From the NCBI GenBank assembly GCA_964016885.1, contig OZ024740.1:385950001-386014000 (forward strand): a stretch of 64,000 nt of DNA, read 5' to 3'. Numbering within the stretch: the first letter of the stretch is position 1; every line of letters starts with the position of its first letter. Position numbers and translations under genes: made by a program. Source of the DNA: Eledone cirrhosa. Lineage: Eukaryota. Under the pieces are notes generated by a model. The model worked only from the letters and a program-made list of their open reading frames with translations. It did not search any database and was not told the origin of the DNA. Of the stretch, positions 12,787-26,282 are shown piece after piece.

Positions 12787-12954
12787 GTATATATACGTAT
12801 ATATATACACATATGTATATATACGTATATATATACACACATATATATATATATTAGGAAGGGCATCCAGGTGTAGAAAACCCGCCAGACAGTCCCGAGC
12901 AAGACAGCCAATTTTGCCTCAAGTGGGACAATTCCCGTATATATATATACATAT

Positions 12955-14760
12955 ATCTATATTCTTAGTTAGCTTACCTGTGATCCCACTATATCTTTTA
13001 TGTACCCATACTTTGCATTTGGGACATAAAATGGGGTTTCTGCTTACTCCTTTCCTACACACTGAGCATGGCCATTTCCCAGATGGGACCAGTGCCCTAT
13101 TCTCCTTCCTACATATTAGAACTTTAGTTTAGACAAGTTAATTTTAAGGCCTTTTGATTCTAGGCCATGCTTCCATGTTTGGAATTTCTTCTCTAGTTCA
13201 GCCATTGATTCGGCTATGAGCATAAATCATCTGTGTATAGAAGTTCCCATGGTCAGCCGGTCTTGAACTCCTCCATTATAGCTTGGAGGGTGATAATAAA
13301 TAGTTGGGGGCTAAGGACGGAGCTCTGATGAACACCAACATTTACGCTAAACTCGTCACTATATTCGTTGTTAACTCTAACCTTGCTGACTGTTTCTTTA
13401 TACATGGCTTATATAGCTCTCACAAGCCATTCATCAACACCTAGTTTTCTGAGAGCCCACCAGATAATGGGGTGTGGGACTCTGTCAAAGGCTTTCTCCA
13501 AGTCAACGAAAGCTAAGTATAGGGGTTACTTTTAGCTAGGTACTTCTCCTGTAGTTGTCGTACAATGAAAAGAGCGTATGTGGTACTTTTACCTGACACA
13601 AACCCGAACTGCATTTCATCTAGATCAATTCGCTCTCTGATTAGTTGCGCTATTACCTTTTCTGTGACCTTCATGACTTGGTCAATTAATTTAATGCCTC
13701 TATAGTTTCCCCTATCAAGTCATCTCCTTTACCATTGTAGTAGTTAATGATGATGCTGCTACGCCAGTCCTTCGGAACGACCCCATTCTGTATGACTTGG
13801 TTTACTATCCGGGTGACCATAGTGTGCCCCTCCGTTCCAGATGCTTTCATCATTTCAGCAACTATTTCCGAAGGCCCAGCCGCCTTGCCCGTCTTCATGT
13901 CTTTGATTGCCTTACTTATTATACTACCTTCAACTAGCACTGCTGGTCGCTCTGTAGGATCAATGTGAGGGAGACTGTCTTTCTCCCATTTATTCTCTTC
14001 ATTTAGTAGCCTTTCGTAGTGACACTTCCAAGCTACCTTGTTATCAGCGTCAGTGGTGGCAAGTACACGATCATCATTACGGATACATTTCTCCCCGACA
14101 ATATCACGGTTTTCCTTGACACGTTGCCTAGCAATCCTGAACACCTCACGTTTTTGGTCCTCGCGTTGTAGAACATGCTTGAACCTTCTTTCCTCTGCTT
14201 CCCTTCTTGCGAAGTACACTTGTCTCCTAGCTTCCCTCCTGGCCACTTGATAGTCTTCTCTACTTCCCCCATCCCGCCATACTTTCCAAGCCTGCTTTTT
14301 GGCCTTGATTGACTCCTCCACCTTACTGTTCCACCACCAAGTTACTCTCCTCCTGCCTATAGGTCTGCTCCAGCCACAGACATCATCTGCCGCCTTCAGC
14401 AGGTTAGCTTTCAGGAATTCCCACTGTTCCTCTATATTGTACAACTCTAATTGCTCTTCCTTACTATCAAAAGCATCAAGTAATATGCTTTTAAATTTAT
14501 TACTGGCTGTGGGGTCCTTTAGCTTCCATATTTTTCTCCTGAGGATAGTCCTCCTCTGTTGTCGAGTACGTCTCGTCCTGACTATGAGGTCGCTAACTAT
14601 GAGGCTATGTTGGGAGGTGCATTCTTCATGGGGGAGGGATTTAGTGTTTACAACAGACACTCTGTCACATCTTCTGGTAAGGATATAATCTATCTGACTG
14701 GCGTGTTCCCCTGATCTGTAGGTGATCAAGTGATCGTTTTTTGAAGTTTGTGTTACAGAT
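12955..14760 (-). mobile_element. RTE LINE internal fragment (end of APE to RT), degraded
   Basis: ORF 13686-14729 (SQIDYIL, TWWWNSKVEE, GKAAGPSEIVAEM); the RT motifs continue leftwards with frameshifts. Confidence 0.9.
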
Positions 14761-17700
14761 ATGTTTCTTTATTAGCCACAGGGGCACAAAAGAAGGGGAC
14801 AAATACAAACGGGGAAGTTTACATACAATAAAAACGTGTAAAACATTATAACAAATGCAATTTTAAAAAATTAGTCGATTTTCCCCAATAGGGGGAGACA
14901 GTTCATATGGGTAACACATACCCCCGAAAAAATGTGCAACCCTCATCTCCAGGAGTACGAAGAGTTTGTACCCCTTTCCTCTCTTCCTCTTTTTCCTCAA
15001 CCTACAGGCTGATATAGAGAGAAGGCCCATTCACTTGGGCCATTCTCGCCACTTTCACCCACCTTTCATAAAATTTGCTGGGGTACAGCACCTCTCTCTC
15101 CATCCTGATTCTTCTTCCAAAGTGGTATTTGAAAAAAAGAATCAGTTGTTGGCCGGAGAGAAAGGTGTCTGACCTCAGCCCTTTCAACCTTGTCCACCAT
15201 ACAACCTCTTTCGCCATAGCTATCACACAAAGGAAAACCGCCTCTCCTTCGTTTTTGAAGGAGGGTGGCGGTTTGATCATGACAATGGACTCGGTGGTCA
15301 ACCGGATTGGTCCCACCCGCGACAATAGTCATTCTACATAGCTCCACAGGTCAGTGACGCCCGGGCAGTGTATGAATGCGTGCACGACGGTTTCTTCATC
15401 TCGCACGCACCTCGGACAGATCTTTTTTGCAGGGTCCCTGCCTGGGCGCCCATGTTTGGAGAGCTTGTCTCGAACAGGTAGAGCTCCTCGGTAGCACTGC
15501 CAGGCCAGGGACTTTTGGAAGTTGTCCATCGGTCCCGGGCGGAAGGTCCTACCGAACAGACTGGCCAGTTCATCTTCCTCTACGCCCAGAGTTTCACCGA
15601 GAGCGTTTCACCACCACACTTGCTGAGGATCAACCCTCTATAGAATGACGAAGTGGAGTCTCCACTGAAAGCCGGGTCCGCCTGCCAGAGGGTTGTGAGC
15701 GCCTGAGCACATTCGATGTGCCAGTCGCCCATTTTCCTCGGCCTTTGCTTGACCCAGGACTGCAGGTCAGTCAGCGAGACGAGTCGTGGCAAGGCTCGCC
15801 TCACGAACGGGGCCCACACCGGTTGTCCGGTGAGGAATACGTAGAGATGCCGCAGCCTGAGCGCGTGTTTGCGCATCGTCAACCACGGCATCTCCAGCCC
15901 TCCGTTAGAAAGGTGTTGGCAGCAGATGGATCTTCTCACCAAAGGAGCCCGCCTCTTCCAAAGGAATTGGAAAAGCGCGCGCTCAATTTTGGTGAGCATT
16001 TTGGCTGGACAAGGCGCGACAGTCAAACGATAGTAGAAGGCGGATGCTATAAAAGTGTTCGCCACCTCCGCTCGACCTTTCAAGGATAGTTTGCACTCGG
16101 CCCACTTCTGGGTGAGTGCAAACACCTTGGCCGTCACTTCGTTCCAGTTCTTCTCCACCTGGATGTCCGGACCAAACCAGACCCCGATCAGCTTTACCGG
16201 TCCTTCCGTCCAGCGTCCAACGACCCCATCGGAAGGTATCGGTTTGCCTCCACGATCTGAGTTGCAAACCGATGGACTTGTCCCGGTTCAGCTTCGCTCC
16301 TGTGAAACTTTCGTATTCCTTCAGAAAGGTGCCGACTTCCTCGATTTGCGAGGCGGTCGACCCCATTACTACCACGTCGTTGGCGTAGGCCGACGCCGCT
16401 TTCTATATTCCCGGTTCCCGAGGGATGCCCTGCAATAGCTCCAACTTCCGCAGTAGTGGCTCGAGAGTCAGTACGTACAGAAGGGAGGAGAGAGGGCATC
16501 CCTGTCGAATGGATCGCGTAATATGGAACGGCTCCGAGAGGTAACCGTTCACCTTGACCCTTGAGCAGATGTTGCTGTTGTGCATTGCAGCAATCCAGCC
16601 CCTGAACACGGGTCTGAAGCCTGCCGCCTCGAGCACCACATCCATGGTCAACCCTATCGAAAGCCTTAGACTGATCCAAGTTGATCAGGGCCCCACCGAA
16701 GCCAGGTTTACACCTACCCTCTCTATGATGTCTCACATGAGGTGGAGGTTGTTGTGTATGGACCTGTTCGGGATTGCGCATATCTGCGCTTCTCCCACCA
16801 GGTTTTCGACAACAAGCGCCAGCGTCTTTGCCAACACCTTGGCCAAAATCTGTAACTATGTTTAGCAGAGTTATGGGCCGGAAGTTGCCTATGTCATCCC
16901 CCTTATTCTCGTCCTTCCTGACTAACGTGACTACGCCCTTGGTCACAGAACTGGGAATTCTCCCGTTCTGCTGCCAGTTGCAATAGACCGCTTCCAGGAG
17001 ACCGGAGAACAAGTTCGGCATTGCTACGTAAAATTTGTAGGCTAGACCTTTGAGACTTGGAGATTTGCGTTTGCTGCATTGGCTCAGCTCGTCCCCTATC
17101 TCAGCGGTCGAAATCTGCTTTTTTCAGAATTTCGCCTCGCTGTCCGAGAGTCACGGTAGGCCGTCGAGGTATGGACCAAAAGACATAACCCCTCCCGGCG
17201 TGCCGCCCGGCCCGAACAGTTGAGCAAAGTGCCGCTGAAAGGCCACACACATCTGCTTCGGCTCACGTATCACGCGTCTGTTTTGGTCCTTCAAAGACCG
17301 AATCGTGGACTTGTTGCCACTTTTTGCCTCCGTCACTCGGGCCCAGCTAACAGCTTTGGCTCACTCGTTTCCCAGAGCACGTATTTTGCTTCTGACAATG
17401 CAGCACTCATGCTTTGCGTCAAAGAACTGGGCCAAGGCCGTTCTCGTTGCTAGTACGCTGGCTACATTGCCACTTCTAATTGCCTCTTCTACTTTATCTA
17501 CCAGTTCCTTCTCGGTTCTATTTCTATCTAACGCTAATTCTTTACTAAAAACTAACGAGTCTAATCTAACTGCCCTCTTGAGAGAGTACCACCATCTGTT
17601 GTTGACAATGGCCCCTGTCAAGTGCTGTTTAACTAAAGTGCTAATCCGTCTACTGTAGGCTTTGCTTGTCGGTAACGATAAGTTCAGCTTCCAGTAGCCG

Positions 17701-18345
17701 GGTCCTTGTCTATGGGTTCTATCAAGGTTGGCCATGCAGGTCACTAGTTTGTGATCTGAATAGGCAACCATGAACATTTGTGGACAGCTTAACATGTCCC
17801 TATCCTTATTTCTAATTAGAACCCTATCTAGGTACGATCTAGATGTTCCGCTGCGATTAGTCCACGTCCACAGTGGCAGAGTCGGAAAATCTAGTCGATA
17901 TCTATCGGCCAGGTCAAATCGGTCGATTAACTGTTTGAGGATGTTACACCCCCCTTTATCGGGACACGCTCCCACATAGTCCCAACATCCATCTAGGATT
18001 CCATTCCAGTCCCCCACTAAAAGCAAGGAGCGGGACGTTCCCAGAAAAGTCTCTAGACGTTTGAAGAAGTCTGGCCGCGGTGTCCCGGATGGGGCATATG
18101 CAGCCACCAGCCTGAAGGCTTCACTACCGTCAACGTCTAGGACCACCAGTCGACCCTTCGGGTCCAGATGTACCGTCTGTGTTACGAGGTCCAGGTGTTT
18201 TCGCAGCAAAACAGCAACCCCGCCCCCACCCCCAGCCGACAGAGATGCGTAGATCTCAAAGTCATCGAAGATGGGGGCTAGCTTTCGCTCGCTGTGGATC
18301 CTGGACTCACAAATGGCTACTACATCCATACTGTGCATTTTTTAC
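14761..18345 (-). mobile_element. Tx1/L1-like LINE ORF2 (APE, RT, zf-RVT), frameshifted, with 3' end
   Basis: APE in 17361-18338 (SYLDRVL, YSDHKLV, GPGYWKLN). RT motifs NFRPITLLN, DQSKAFDRVDH, SIRQGCPLS. CPRC...H...C finger at 15329-15529. AATAAA near 14768 on the minus strand. Confidence 0.9.
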
Positions 18346-19450
18346 CTGGAGAAGGCTTTCGACTGTTCCCTGCTCCATAATCTGGTGTTCCCTTAAAAGA
18401 CTGGCTTGTACAGAGGAACAGTCAGAAAGGTTAAAATTAACAATGATTATAGGTTTTATGTGTGGTCAGTACATAGGAGCAGTAATCAGCAAGAGCTTAC
18501 AGGAAACTAGCTCTATTAAATGCTCAGATGGCTCTCTAGAAGTACTTTCAGGTCCCAAATGATAGAGTGGTAGGTGGAAATCTTTTTTTTTCTTTGTTGT
18601 CTCTCTTGATTTTTTTTTTAAACCAGCATTAGTCGTTTAGTTTACATATTGAGACCCCAACCCATCCTATTTATTTTATAACATATGGAATTTCTTGTAA
18701 TGATATTTTTAGAATGTATTAATATAATGTTTTTATTGTCTAAAGAAAATTAATTATCACAGGAAAGCTACCACTGAAAATAAAATTTCACCAGAGATAG
18801 ATTAGCAAAATTTAATAATTGTCGGGTGGGGGGAGTGGTAGGTTTGGAAAAAAATCTGAAAAGTTAAAAAGCAGTGGGGGTGGGGATGATTATTCAAGAC
18901 CCAAGAGTAAGTGATTGCTTCTGTTACCAGGATGACCAAATTAGTAGTGGAGGAGGTGTGTGTTCTAAAAGCACTGTGACCAGAGTGAAAATGAGAGGAA
19001 AAAAGTTCAGAGAGCTACTACTGCTGCTAACCACAAAGGGTTTTTCCCTCAAAGTTAAAGGCTGATTGTATGATGCTTGTGTATGAAAAGTAATGCTGCA
19101 TAGAAGGGATTCCTGTGCACCATGAGCAAAAGACCTATGAAGATTGGAAAGAAATGAAGCTTGCATGTTTCAATGGATGTGTAATAGTAGTGTGCATGAA
19201 CAATAAAGTGTCAATGAACTGAGTGAGAAACTAGGCATAAGAAGGACTGGATGCAGTGTGCAGGTGAGGAGACTGAGGATATGGGCACGCAATGTATATG
19301 GAGGATGACAGTTGTATTAAAAGGTGAAGGGCGCTCAAAGTTGTTGGAAGCGTTGGAAGAGGAAGACCTAGGAAAGCTTGGGATGAAGTGATAAAATCTG
19401 ACCTTACCCAATTAAACCTCTCAAAGGAGATGACATTGATGTAAGAGGGA
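18346..19450 (+). mobile_element. Old RTE LINE fragments interrupted by a small MITE-like insert (~18645-18910)
   Basis: LEKAFD, KKFRELLLLLTTKGFSLKVKG and GRGRPRK remnants. The insert resembles 50544-50690. Confidence 0.7.
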
Positions 19451-19479
19451 ATGCTGCCCTTATTTGTACATTGTCTTAT

Positions 19480-20195
19480 GCTGTGGGTTCATCTTGGATT
19501 TTGGTTAGCAAGATGTTTCTTGAAAAGCTCTACATCTGTACTATGTATATCTCTCAGAATTTTGTAGACCCACTGGTTCTTGTCCCGTTCACTTCCACAG
19601 ATCTTCATTTCTGATCTTCTTCTACCATTTGATGCTGTAGATGTGCCTCAGGCAGATGTTGAAGAATGTCTGGATCTTCTGTTGCATTTACTTTGTTGTC
19701 CTCCAAGTTTCACATCCGTACAGCAGCACCGCCTTCACGTTGGAGTTGAAGGTGTAAAGTTTAGTTCTTGGGCAGATCTCTTTTGATGCTCAGATGGTCT
19801 TTAGCATGATTAAAGCTGCTCTTGCATTGCTAATCCTGGCTGTGACATCTCTGCCAGTTCCCCCATGTCAATCAACCACACTTAACTGTTTGACAAGAGT
19901 GCCAAATCATCAGCCAAATCAAGGTAATCCAGTTGTATACCATTGTTCCTGTCTGTTATAATGGTTTTCCTTATCCAGTCAATGACCAGAAAGAAGAGGA
20001 ACCATGACAGCAAGCAGCCCTGATGAACTTTGGTCTTTACCTCGAGACTCTCTGACAGTTACTCAACATGGGTGATCTTACAGATCATTTCTTGGTAAGT
20101 GCACTGGATGAGGGAGATACTCTTCCCAGGCACTCTGTAGTACATCAGCAGCCTCTACACTGTCCCTCTATCCACACTGTTGAATGCTTTCTCAT
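19480..20195 (-). mobile_element. Degraded LINE RT fragment of a different RTE-like family
   Basis: Minus-strand remnants VKTKVHQGCLLSWFLFLVIDWIRKT and LDYLDLADDLAL. Confidence 0.65.
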
Positions 20196-20787
20196 ATATA
20201 TATGTGTTTGTGTGTATAGATATGTATAAAAAATGATCGATATATAATATATAACAATCATGTAGTTTTATGATGGCTCAATGAGAGAATTGAAGCTAAA
20301 AATCTAAAATCTTAGAGCAGCTGCACACTGCCCAAATCATACGAAACCACATATCTAATATTTTGCAGTGGACAATATGATTAGCTTAAAAAAACAGAGC
20401 GATACAATAAGTATTATACTTACATAGCCACTAAATTTTTATAAGACCTATATGGTACCATTTCATCCAGTAAAAATCAACATTTACTGTTGATTAACAT
20501 CGACAAGAGCTAACAGTCATCAGTAGACATCTTAAAATTTTAGAGAAATGTTAATCCCCAGAGAAGAGGAAGCCAGCCATTGCTCATAGAATAAAAATAG
20601 GATGAAAGTAGTAATGCCAAAAATAGCTCACAGACTACCTCATAAAAAAAAAGTGCTCGACCAAGCTAGGGACACAAATCTAAAGAGATCGAATTTAATA
20701 TATCATGATCATGTGGCTCTTTGATTGTTCAATTAAAGAATTGAAGCTACTAATCCAGCACCTCAGAGCAGTTGTGTGTGTGGTATA

Positions 20788-21390
20788 CAGGGTGCGGACG
20801 ATATTTTTTCGCAAGATTACTGTCTAGGAAAAAATGACACAGTAGTTTTATTTTTTAAGATTTATTTATCAAACTTGGGTCAGTTTGTCTTCATGACTTG
20901 TTCTTTCAATCTCACTTGATAAACCTACCATTGGCTTTGATGACGGCCTCAAGGCGGTCTTGGAATCAGCTACAAGCCTTCATCACTGTCCCCCGACTTA
21001 GGCCCCTAAAGGCACTTGTGATCCTGACCGTCAGATCGTCTTTCGTATTGCAGCTAGATCTGTTGGTGTCTTGTTCCACTGTGCCCTACACAAAGAAGTC
21101 GAGGGGGTTGCAGTCAGGCGAGCTGGGAGGCCAGATGTCAGGTGAAGTGTGGTCGGCGAAGTTGTCTGACAGCCAGGCTTGGGTCTTTCGGCTGGTATGG
21201 CAGGGCGCTGAGTCTTGCTGCATCAGCTTGAGGCCCTCAGGGAAGAAGTGAGGTGGCATGATGTCACCTTGACTGCTGACGACACCTAAGACCAATGTTG
21301 TCGCTGGAAACTTTGTCTGCATGACTCTGGGCACGTCTTTGGATGAGACAGCGAGCCACCTGTTGTTCTGGGAGTTGATCTTCTGGTCTT
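20788..21390 (-). mobile_element. Tc1/mariner (maT-like) transposase fragment with one TIR
   Basis: QQDSAPCH...WPPSSPDCNPLD motif (ORF 21086-21334); TA + CAGGGTG end at ~20788. Confidence 0.8.
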
Positions 21391-21977
21391 ATTTGTCCTC
21401 CCGGCGCGGATTCCAGTAACATATGTATATATATGTTACTAGATATGAATTCTTTATTATTATCTCCAAATTATTTGTCGAGCAATATTGGCCATGACTG
21501 CTGCTACGGTTGTAGGCAGGCCGCTGTCTTATTAGCAAACCACTTTCCACTGATTGACCTCGATGTCACGTGTTCGATTCTTTTTGAATTTGCCACAGAC
21601 GTAGAGGCAGTGATTTTCTCAATGGCTTGGAATTCAGTCCACGCTTCGCTATTTCCTATCCACTGAATTATTTTTTAATAAGTTTCCAGTGTCCTCGCTT
21701 TGCCTGGAAACTTACATGACAATAGACTTTCCTGACGACGGAATGCTTCTCTATATTATTCTTCGGAAAATATATTTACTCCATTCCAGAAACTAATTAG
21801 TTGGAAGTGATATTTTAGTAAGTAAGTTAATTTTATAATTTTCTTATTTTACGTCTCTTATATTATTGTTCTGCAACCCCATGCATTGAACCACACTGTT
21901 ATTAAGACAAAACCTATATATTTGCTAGCATTGATATGCATCTGTATGTATATATATGTTACTAGATATGAATTCTT

Positions 21978-22025
<48 letters not shown>

Positions 22026-22027
22026 AT

Positions 22028-22108
22028 TCATTTTATTAAGGCTAAATAGTGAGTCTTGTAATTCTGAGCTTTCCCCTGTTTATCACAGGGTCATCAGATA
22101 AGAACAAT
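22028..22108 (-). ncRNA. Degenerate hammerhead-containing short repeat (same family as 51152-51299)
   Basis: Minus strand: CTGATGA-CCCTGT.GATAA.ACAGGG-GAAA, followed by the shared tail CAAGACTCACTATTTAGCCTTAATAAAATGA. Confidence 0.55.
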
Positions 22109-22570
22109 GTGTGTGTGTGTGTGTGTTTATATATATGTTTGTGTGTATGTTGCTGTTGTTAATCATTAGACTGTTGCCATGCTGAGGCCAACACTTCATT
22201 TTGCTAGGTTATTACCTAACAGGCACAGAAGCTTACACACATACCTTTTGGCAATACAGAGGAACACACTCAGACACATAGCCATCCCCTAAGACAAACA
22301 AAACATACTTTATAGCACAGGCTCTCAACCCATTTAGGCCAAACACCCCCTTTTGTCCCTCGAAATCACGAAACGCCCCCCCCCCCCCTCTCTCCCCATT
22401 TTTCCATTTTTCAATATACTACTGATTTTGATATCAGTCGATTACTAAAAAATTGATTAACAATATTCCAAAGATACCATTGCAGGCAGCTGAGAGTATA
22501 AATACATTCCTTGAAAGGAAATATATAAATTTCAAAAAAAGGAACATAAATGTTCTTTTTTATGAATAAG

Positions 22571-22950
22571 GAAGGCGCATGGCTTAGTGGTTAGAGCATT
22601 GGGCTTGCAATTGAAAGGTTGTGAGTTCAATTCTCAGACCAGGTGATGTGTTGTTTCCTTGAGCAAGACACTTTATTTCACATTGCTCCAGTTTACTCAG
22701 CTGTAGAAATGCAAAGAGGTGCCATGGCAAAAAAAGCATCCAGCCCACACTGTAAAAGTGGACATGTAGGCGCCACGGAAAAAAGCACCCAGCACTCACT
22801 GTAAATGAGGTTGGTGTTAGGAAGGGCATCCAACTGTAGAAATCAAGCCAGAATCAGTTCCCATATGAGCAAGACAAGGTCAGCCGACCGGACACTGCCC
22901 ACAACAGGACAACCCATCTAACCCATGCTAGCATGGAAGAACGGACGTAG
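22571..22950 (+). mobile_element. tRNA-derived SINE with RTE-like 3' tail, nested in the hAT element
   Basis: A box TGGCTTAGTGG, B box GAGTTCAATTC, central TCCTTGAGCAAGACACTT, tail TTAGGAAGGGCATCC shared with the RTE 3' UTRs. Confidence 0.85.
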
Positions 22951-24440
22951 AACAGTGCTGCTGAAGGACCAGTTGAATTTGTTATATTCCCACCAGGCAA
23001 TACCAGCTATTTTCAACATTTATACGAGAGCAACTCTGTCTAGCCAAAGAGTGATCTTATCTGGAAGAAAGTGGCAATTATATCATTTCAAAGCTTTCCA
23101 ATTTTCCCTTTATTGAAACGGACAGAATAAATGTTGATATCTTACTTGATGTACCCTCCACTTTGTGAGCTTAGAGACCATGAAATAGGGTTTTCATGAC
23201 TATATAAGAGGGTATATTTATTAGTAAATGGTAAAATATATACAACAAATGAGTAAGTGAATTGTAGTAGATGGTTTCCAGTCCAGTCAGACTGCAACTA
23301 CAAATAAAAAAATTGTTAGTTTGCTTTGTAACAATAGCATATGCAAGTTTTGGGATAAATCAACTTACTTTAACTTTGACCTCATTTCAATGCAACCCTT
23401 GAGCTTCATGGAGTCTAGCTAACTCTTTGACGTGAGGCTGAATTTTCCTATGATGTAGCCAGCGATCTCCACGTGTAATTACCTTGTAGCAGTTGCAAGA
23501 CTTACTGTGCAGTCTGGAAACAGCACCAAACCTCCTCTCGACTAAGTATGAGCTTGGAAAAGGCAGAGCAAATCTCTTAGCCTCTGCATGTAGGAGTGGA
23601 AATCGACGCTGAATTTCCTCTTACATACAAAAAAGGGGTTCACCTATTTTGGGAAATCTAATTTTTATCATGTCATCTGCTTGAAGTTCAATGAATTCTT
23701 CCTGAAATTTAACGTCGAAATTGTCGACGTTAGCTATGAAGGCATCTGCTATCCACATTGGGATGTCCATCGGCAAAAGGTCAACAAACCGTTCTCTCAT
23801 GTTGTCTTGTAGTGCATGGAGGTGAGCGGTATAAATTTGGAGTTGGTCATCGCTTACAATGTCTTGAACATTGGCAACACTAGGAAAATTATAGAATTCC
23901 CGTCAACAAATATTCATTTCGATGACATTCAATTTGGCCAGGAATGTTTTCACAGCATTCCTTGCTTTACGCAAGGTGATCTTCTTACCCTGCAAAGTCA
24001 TAATGACGCTATTGCATTTGTCAAAGATGTTAGCGAGGCAGGCGCAGTCTTGCCTCACAACAAGGGTTTTCTTGTACAATTCTGTGTTGTGTCCTCAATA
24101 ATAGAGTTGAACAGTTCAAAGAAGTGAGTAAGGCACTTGCCCTTTGAAAGCCACCTCACTTCAATATGAAGGAGCAACTTGAAAAATTCTTCGTCATTAT
24201 CTTCACACAGTTGCCAAAAAATTCGTTCATTGAGGGAATGGCATTTGATAAAATTGATGACATCAATAGCCACCTGCAACGATTTGCTCAGCGGCTCACT
24301 GAGTTTCTTCGCAGCCATGTGTTGTCGATAAATGACACAATGAACAGCAAATACAGATAGATTTTCTCTCTTCAGAAAAGTGACAAAACCCTTATGTTGG
24401 CCGACCATTGCTCTTGTGTCGTCCATAGCACATGATACAA

Positions 24441-24755
24441 TGTGTGTTGTATGTGGTCCTAGATGTATGTATTACCTGCCTGTGTGTTGTATGAAGTCCT
24501 AGATGTATGTATTACCTGCTTATGTATTGCATGTGGTCCCAGCTGTATGTATTACCTGCTTATGTATTGCTTGTGGTCCCAGCTGTATGTATTACCTGCT
24601 TGTGTGTTGTATGTGGTCCTAGATGTGTGTATTATCTGATTATGTGTTGTATGTGGTCCTAGATGTGTGTGCTACCTGATTATGAGTTGTATGTGGTCCT
24701 AGATGTGTGTATTACCTGCTTATGTGTTGTATGTGGTCCTAGATGTGTGTGCTAC
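24441..24755. repeat. 40-bp minisatellite, ~8 copies, inside the hAT element
   Basis: Unit TGTGTGTTGTATGTGGTCCTAGATGTATGTATTACCTGCT repeated head to tail with no spacers. Confidence 0.92.
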
Positions 24756-25832
24756 GCGCTTCTGTGTTTTTCTTTTCTTTTTTTTATTTGTAATATCATT
24801 TATACAATAGGGAATAAAATAGATCTACATAGTGTTAACTTGTTACTGTTGAGTCAATAATTTCAGACATTATTATCAGTGAAGGAAAGACAAGATTCTA
24901 ACTGGCTGCGCTCAAAGTGTCCTTGACCCAGTTGACTGTGGTTTTTTTTCAATTTTTAGGATCGCAATTGCCGGTTAATGTCTAGACACGCCTGCACACC
25001 TGCTTACAGCTGCAGTCAGACCATAGTTATGCTGTCTGCATGCTCATTCAAATGCATTCACACTGGCTGTCTCAGAGACATACAAATATGGTTTATAAAA
25101 GTTACGAAAGTAAAGAACCTTCCAGTTCCTCCTAGCGCCCCCCTGACGCCCCTTGCTCCAAAACGCCCTGCTGGAGTTCCAAAACGCCCCCTGGGGTGCA
25201 TATGCCCCCCGTTGAGAACCTTTGCTTTATAGTAACCTATAAAATCAACTTAAATTTTTGTCTATTCTTTAAAATTCTGTTTCCTTGTTTGTTTTCACTT
25301 TGACATTCTTTGTTAGTGAGATACACCTATCCACCCCCACCACCCACTCCTTCTCTTTGACCACCATTGCTCTGCTATATATATATATCTACTCATTTGG
25401 TCTACATGCACACAGTTACAGACAGTCATACAAGCTTATTCATACTCATGCGTAAACACACACACACACATCTCATGTATACATATATACACAAAATATC
25501 AGAGACACTTGCACAAAAGAGAAAAAAACATCAGTGGCATACACACTCATGAAATCCACACAAACAATACCAACGATAGACCCACCCGGACTCTCACTTC
25601 AGATCCTACACCTACATGCAGGATTATTTGCCTGCCCTCCTCACACATACTGATTAATTTTTTTTTTTTTCTCTGAAATCTGCTCTTTCCTGATGAAGGA
25701 CTAACTTTTGATACATTGAAACATTCATTTTCCTTTTCCAACAAGTGTGAAACTAAGACTTTGTGTTATTGTATTTCCATGTCTGTCTTGTTTATTTTGA
25801 ACTACACACACACTTATGTGTGTGTTTATATA

Positions 25833-26282
25833 TCTAGGTATATAAAACTGAGGATGTCTGTCTGTGTGTGTCTGTGAGTTTGAATCCCTAATAACTATGT
25901 ATTAGTCAGTCTCTTCTTCATACAGTGAGCAAAGAAAATCCAACCATTTTATGGCCTAGGGCCCGCATTAGGTGAAAAACTTCATTTTTTCAGCTTTTTA
26001 GGGCTTCTTTGAGGCGTTACGTCTAGCCGATTTTCACGAAATTTCAAGGCATATTATGCACATAAAATCAATTCATTTTCTTGATGCCCTGGTGAAAACC
26101 AGGTGAAAACCTGCATTTTTCCTGCTTCATCGAGGAAAATCTTAAAGATTACCCAGCCATCAGAGTATTCGGTTTATTTTCTTTACATATTGTCCAGGCA
26201 TGCAGTTTTTCCACGATTAGGTCTGTTGGCGGCCCACGTTCCAAAATACCTTATCCCGTGCAATGCCGGCTACCACTGCTAG
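25833..26282 (+). mobile_element. Non-autonomous Helitron-like element
   Basis: 5' TC...TATATAAAA followed by CTGT repeats; 3' GC-rich imperfect hairpin CCCGTGCAATGCCGG then CTAG|T. Confidence 0.6.

Larger units (their letters stand above)
22316..25224 (-). mobile_element. hAT (Buster/Charlie-like) DNA transposon, degraded, both ends present
   Basis: TIRs CACAGGCTCTCAAC / GTTGAGAACCTTTG. Perfect 8-bp TSD CTTTATAG (22308-22315, 25225-25232) with central TA. Transposase remnants HCVIYRQ and EVRWLSKG (ORF 24055-24426). Confidence 0.88.

Noticed and set aside
20480-20530. Minus-strand CTGATGA-CTGTT...AACAG-TAAA
   Set aside because: The GAAA box is mutated and there is no stem I or III.
22571-22645. 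tRNA gene
   Set aside because: A and B boxes are present, but it continues into a SINE body and occurs in many degenerate copies.
24441-24755. CRISPR-like regular repeats
   Set aside because: The units are contiguous with no unique spacers, the context is eukaryotic and there are no cas genes; it is a minisatellite.
25685-25730. CTGATGA...GAAAC hammerhead-like boxes
   Set aside because: Stems I and II do not pair convincingly.
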